Positions 60,203-64,000 of a stretch of 64,000 nucleotides of DNA are shown here, in pieces. The notes under the pieces are model-generated. The model saw only the letters and a list, made by a program, of their open reading frames with translations, made no database searches and was not told the DNA's origin. The stretch is from Chthonomonadales bacterium. GTDB taxonomy: Bacteria > Armatimonadota > Chthonomonadetes > Chthonomonadales > CAJBBX01. The stretch lies in NCBI GenBank assembly GCA_037443035.1, contig JBBIPC010000001.1:192001-256000 (forward strand), given 5' to 3'. The position numbers and the translations under genes were made by a program. Position 1 is the stretch's first letter. Every line of letters begins with the position of its first letter.

Positions 60203-60859
60203 CTAGTCCCGTATTTCATCCAACACCACTTGTCCATTCTCGACCCGCAGCCGCCCGCTAGCGAAAAGAGCAACCGCTCTGACATAGGTCCGGTGCTCCT
60301 CGGGAAGGATACGTGCCGCGAGCGTCTGTGGGGTATCGCCAGGCATTACTGGCACCCGGGTCTGCAAGATGATCGGCCCATGGTCGTATTGATCATCCAC
60401 GAAGTGCACTGTGCAGCCAGACTCGGTCTCGCCTGCCGCGAGGACCGCCTCATGCACGCGCTCTCCGTACATACCTCGCCCACCGAACTTGGGCAATAGG
60501 GCCGGGTGGATATTCAGGATCCTCCACCGATAAGCCTCTACCACCGGCTTGGGCAGTAGACGCATGTAGCCCGCGAGGCACACCAGGTCCACACGGTATC
60601 GCCTGAGTAGGTCGAGTAGCTTGTACGCATACGATTCGTCGTCGCAGGTTGGCCGTACAACCTGCGTCGGAACGCCAGCATTAGCGGCCCTCTCCAATGC
60701 GGGTGCGCCCGTCCTAGCCCCGATAACGAGCACCACCTGACCCCGGATTCGTCCATCGCGGCAGCCGTCAATAAGCGCCTGCATGTTCGAGCCCCGACCG
60801 TGGCCGCTGACCAATACGGCTATGCGAATACCCGAGCTCGATGCGTCGTTACCTCTCAC
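60203..60859 (-). CDS. purN: phosphoribosylglycinamide formyltransferase
   Basis: IAVLVSG..RGSNMQAL, LAGYMR, NIHPALLP, GCTVHFVD..YDHGPI. Confidence 0.96.
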   Translation of the reverse strand: MRGNDASSSGIRIAVLVSGHGRGSNMQALIDGCRDGRIRGQVVLVIGARTGAPALERAANAGVPTQVVRPTCDDESYAYKLLDLLRRYRVDLVCLAGYMRLLPKPVVEAYRWRILNIHPALLPKFGGRGMYGERVHEAVLAAGETESGCTVHFVDDQYDHGPIILQTRVPVMPGDTPQTLAARILPEEHRTYVRAVALFASGRLRVENGQVVLDEIRD

Positions 60860-61042
60860 CTCTCCCAAACCTCCGGCGGTGTTCAACAGCAGCCTCCTGC
60901 GCACGCGATTCGTTATATGCGCGCGGATTCCTGCAACAAACGAGCTTCTGTGGTGTCCCACTGCACAGGAAGCAATCTTACTCCGAGGCTCACAGCCATG
61001 CATTCACAGACAGCCAACAACCAACCAACTCAGGAGGTTACG

Positions 61043-62023
61043 ATGATGCAGTGCGAGAAGGTGTGGGATCTCCTCTCGGTCTATGCCGACGGTGAGGCGA
61101 CCCCCCAGGAAGCGGCAATCGTGGAAACCCACATTGCCACCTGCCAAGACTGTGCCCGCGATCTTGCATTCATGCGCGGCACCCATGATGTCCTCCAGGA
61201 TGTGCCGGAGGTGGAGCCACCTGCGACGCTGCGTTCGGCCATCCTTGCCGCGACTGTCAACCGGCCCAGCCTGCCTCAGCGGCTTGCCCTCGGTGTGCGC
61301 AAGACCCTGGCACCCGCTCCTGTCCGCTATGGTGCTCTGGCGGCCGCCGGCGCCGCGGCAGCTTTGACGGCAGTCATCCTCACAGAGAGCAGTGGTCCGG
61401 TGCTTCAGACGCCGTCCAACCCGCCCATCGTTGCTGCTTCTCCGGTTCAGCCACACACTCAGCCGTCCGTTACGCCAGAGCGGCCAGAGGTCGATCTGCT
61501 CGACGTCTACGAGCCGCCGGCAGCAACAACTCGCGTAGCTGCTAATGTGGAGCGACGTACTTCCCGACGGACGCTGCGCATGGCCCAGCAGCCAGTCCGA
61601 ACGGCGCTTCGCAGCACGTCAAAGCCGTCGTTCGTCCGGGCTGCATCGAAGGGCAATCCAACGGCAGCCACGGCTCCGGAAATTACCGCATCCGACGACT
61701 TGCACCAGCCCGCTGGTGGTGCTGCACTGACCAACGAGACGATCGCATCCGACCCGGAGCCCACCACGCGGATCATCGCTTCTTCGTCAGAGAATCCTTC
61801 CACGCCAGCCTCCTCCGCAAGTGGCGGTGCCGACATGAACCGTTCGGCCAGGATTGTGCTGACGGCGTCAGCTGTAGCGTTGGATCCCCAGCAGGTTGCC
61901 ACATTGGCTGATCTGCGGAGATCGCTGGCGCATGGCTCCAGCGAGGACCGAGTGCACTCAGGTCTGCCAACTCGCCCGCGAGACAAACAGATCCGCGTCG
62001 ACGTGCTCCGCAGCTCCTTCTAG
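61043..62023 (+). CDS. zf-HC2 (ZAS) anti-sigma-factor-like membrane protein
   Basis: MMQCEKVWDLLSVYADGE...HIATCQDC (C-x-HxxxCxxC), hydrophobic segment, long P/S/T/A-rich tail; GGAGG SD. Confidence 0.85.
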   Translation: MMQCEKVWDLLSVYADGEATPQEAAIVETHIATCQDCARDLAFMRGTHDVLQDVPEVEPPATLRSAILAATVNRPSLPQRLALGVRKTLAPAPVRYGALAAAGAAAALTAVILTESSGPVLQTPSNPPIVAASPVQPHTQPSVTPERPEVDLLDVYEPPAATTRVAANVERRTSRRTLRMAQQPVRTALRSTSKPSFVRAASKGNPTAATAPEITASDDLHQPAGGAALTNETIASDPEPTTRIIASSSENPSTPASSASGGADMNRSARIVLTASAVALDPQQVATLADLRRSLAHGSSEDRVHSGLPTRPRDKQIRVDVLRSSF

Positions 62024-62082
62024 TAGCGAAGAGGACGTGAACAACACTGCACTTCCATGAACACCCGCATGGAGGAACACAG

Positions 62083-64000
62083 ATGAACCGTACATACAGA
62101 CGAAAACTGCAGGCAGCCATTCTGGCGGCCGCCATCCTCATGGGCGTCCGCTTCGCGGCTTCTGCGCAGCAAGCAGCGCCCATCCCGCTCGACCTCACGG
62201 GAGTCAAGCCCCAGAGCGCTTTCGGCGGCGTGGAACTGCCGTACCTCGACAAGCATGGGTCAGCCACAGCGCCGACCGCTCGCTGCGTCGAGACGCTGCC
62301 TGGCAACGGCACACGGGCGGGCTATATGTTGTCGCACGGCGGCATCGTTCCTTCGTCTGTGCGTGTCTCCGTCGGTGCTCGATCCCTGCGTTCGGGTGTG
62401 GACTACGGGCTCGACTACGCTTCGGGAATGCTTGTGTTCACGGAAGCAGTACGCCGGTTCGAGACAATCACGATCAGCTACGACTATGTGCAACAGGCCG
62501 ATGCGGCGCGGTCCATGGTTCCGACCTCGGGTCTCGCCCTGAACTTTAGGGGCACGAGCTTGAACTTCGGGTATGGCGTCTCCTCGTTCAACGGCCTCGA
62601 CTTCAACAGCTACGGCTTGGCAATGAATAGCAAGCTCGGCAAGAGCGGTACATTGTCAGGTCTGGTCTACTTCAGCACACCATCGGCTAGCAACCTGAAC
62701 GTGGTCGGCAGAACGGACGCGACGCGGGCGTCCGCCGTCAAGCGCGATGCTCGTCAGGCTCGCAGCGACCATCTGGTGACCCAGGAACTCAACGCGAGGC
62801 TCGGTTCCGCAACTGTGCGCGCTAGCTACCAAGATGTGGGTGCCTCATTCGGCGGGTTCCAGGCCATGCGACAGGCCAACGCGAACAACGCCGAACTGAC
62901 CAACCAGATCAATACGCTCGAGAGGGAGCGTGGCATTCGTCGCCTTGGTTTCGGCACCGATCTTGTCGTAGGGAAAGACGGCAAGCTAGGGTTCGACTGG
63001 GGCAGAACATCCGACGGAAAAGGTGACATCTCTCGTCAGAGCCTGTCCCTGAGCACCAAAGCCCTATCCTTCAGCTATAGCGATCTGGACATTGGCCGGA
63101 CATTCGAAGGCTTCAAGCAGCTTCGCGAAGGAGCGGCACCGCAGTGGGCCCGCGAGAGGGGCATGCGCAGAACGGACATGGCACTCTCGCTCACCCCCGG
63201 CAAGGACAGTAAGTTCGACTTCGGTCAGACCTCGCTTCGCGATCCATCGGGCGTGCTCGCACGACAGTCGCTCACGCTCGGCACCAAGACCCTGGGGTTC
63301 ACCTACAGCCGACGCTCTGTAGATGCCACCTTCGGTCGGCTCAATGATCTGTCGGACGCCGAGAAGAACGAGCTGGCCCTGGAGATTCGCCGTCAGTTCA
63401 ATCCGAACGCCACAGCCGGCGAGGTCACTCCTCAGGAGAGACAACAGATCGCTGGAGAAGCGGGTATCGAGCGGGCGCGTCTTGGCTTCACTGCGAATCT
63501 TCGGCAAGCTGGTTCGTTCGCCCTCAATCAGTTCACTGTCAGCGACGGTTCCGGCACCATACGCCGCAACGCCTTGTCCCTCACAGGCCGGGGATACCAG
63601 CTCTCCTATATGGACCAGAGCATTGACAGGGACTTCAGTCGCCTAGGGAGTCTCAACCAGTTCGAACGTGCCCAGTACGGCAACGAACTGGGAGTGCGCC
63701 GGAACGCACTCGACTTCGCCATGGCTCTGAACAAGCACTCTAACCTTGCCTACAGCCAGTCCAGCATTCGGGATGACGCTGGCGGTATGACTCGGCAGAG
63801 CATCGGCTTCGCTGGCAAAGGCGTCAACGCGGTCTTGAACCTCGCCTCGACGGATTCTTCTTTCGCGCGCGCGCGCGACCTGGTCGGTCTCAACGATCAG
63901 CAGAAGGCTGCCATCGAAGCAGAGCGAGGCTTCCGTCGCATGGACTTCGCTGCCAACGTGACAGCGTTCAAGGGCCTGAGCCTGCAGACCTACACGTACA
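62083..64000 (+). CDS. large secreted beta-rich repeat protein (3' truncated; absent from the ORF track)
   Basis: GGAGG SD, ATG 62083, signal peptide MNRTYRRKLQAAILAAAILMGVRFAASAQ, no in-frame stop up to 64000 (about 639 codons). Confidence 0.88.
   Translation, partial: MNRTYRRKLQAAILAAAILMGVRFAASAQQAAPIPLDLTGVKPQSAFGGVELPYLDKHGSATAPTARCVETLPGNGTRAGYMLSHGGIVPSSVRVSVGARSLRSGVDYGLDYASGMLVFTEAVRRFETITISYDYVQQADAARSMVPTSGLALNFRGTSLNFGYGVSSFNGLDFNSYGLAMNSKLGKSGTLSGLVYFSTPSASNLNVVGRTDATRASAVKRDARQARSDHLVTQELNARLGSATVRASYQDVGASFGGFQAMRQANANNAELTNQINTLERERGIRRLGFGTDLVVGKDGKLGFDWGRTSDGKGDISRQSLSLSTKALSFSYSDLDIGRTFEGFKQLREGAAPQWARERGMRRTDMALSLTPGKDSKFDFGQTSLRDPSGVLARQSLTLGTKTLGFTYSRRSVDATFGRLNDLSDAEKNELALEIRRQFNPNATAGEVTPQERQQIAGEAGIERARLGFTANLRQAGSFALNQFTVSDGSGTIRRNALSLTGRGYQLSYMDQSIDRDFSRLGSLNQFERAQYGNELGVRRNALDFAMALNKHSNLAYSQSSIRDDAGGMTRQSIGFAGKGVNAVLNLASTDSSFARARDLVGLNDQQKAAIEAERGFRRMDFAANVTAFKGLSLQTYTY

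Noticed and set aside
60860..61040. Possible ZTP (pfl) riboswitch upstream of purN/purH
   Set aside because: A GTGG..CCAC hairpin is present, but the conserved GACUGGCG and CGCCUGGGC pseudoknot elements are missing here and upstream of purH

Overview
GC-rich chromosomal window, mostly housekeeping genes, from a bacterium that is probably diderm. Gene content suggests Armatimonadota (inference only: monoderm-type DnaK alongside outer-membrane-type proteins, DUF6785-like protein, three tandem PilT). It contains trpD'CF-X-BA, recO, a Thermotoga-type tRNase Z, a split feoB locus, cmk/plsC, rbsK/ispA, three pilT paralogs, a liv-type ABC transporter, gcvTH-PA-PB plus a lipoyl ligase, rho, hpt, guaA, an M16 peptidase, dapB, mug, priA, ric, dnaK-dnaJ-hspR, purN/purH and six tRNAs. 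The most notable item is at 43.9-48.2 kb. A DUF2946-like leader peptide (signal-like segment, HxH and CxxC, C-terminal RGPP arrest-type motif) sits upstream of a His-rich porin and a ZnuABC-type transporter. The 11 nt at and just after its RGPP codons are perfectly complementary to the porin Shine-Dalgarno region, which suggests a metal-sensing ribosome-stalling translational switch. Other items are a decayed gene mosaic beside tRNA-Gly with an amber-interrupted Rrf2 gene, a tRNA-Arg(GCG), and a large beta-repeat secreted protein (62083 to window end) that the ORF track misses. No CRISPR array, rRNA or intact mobile element was seen.
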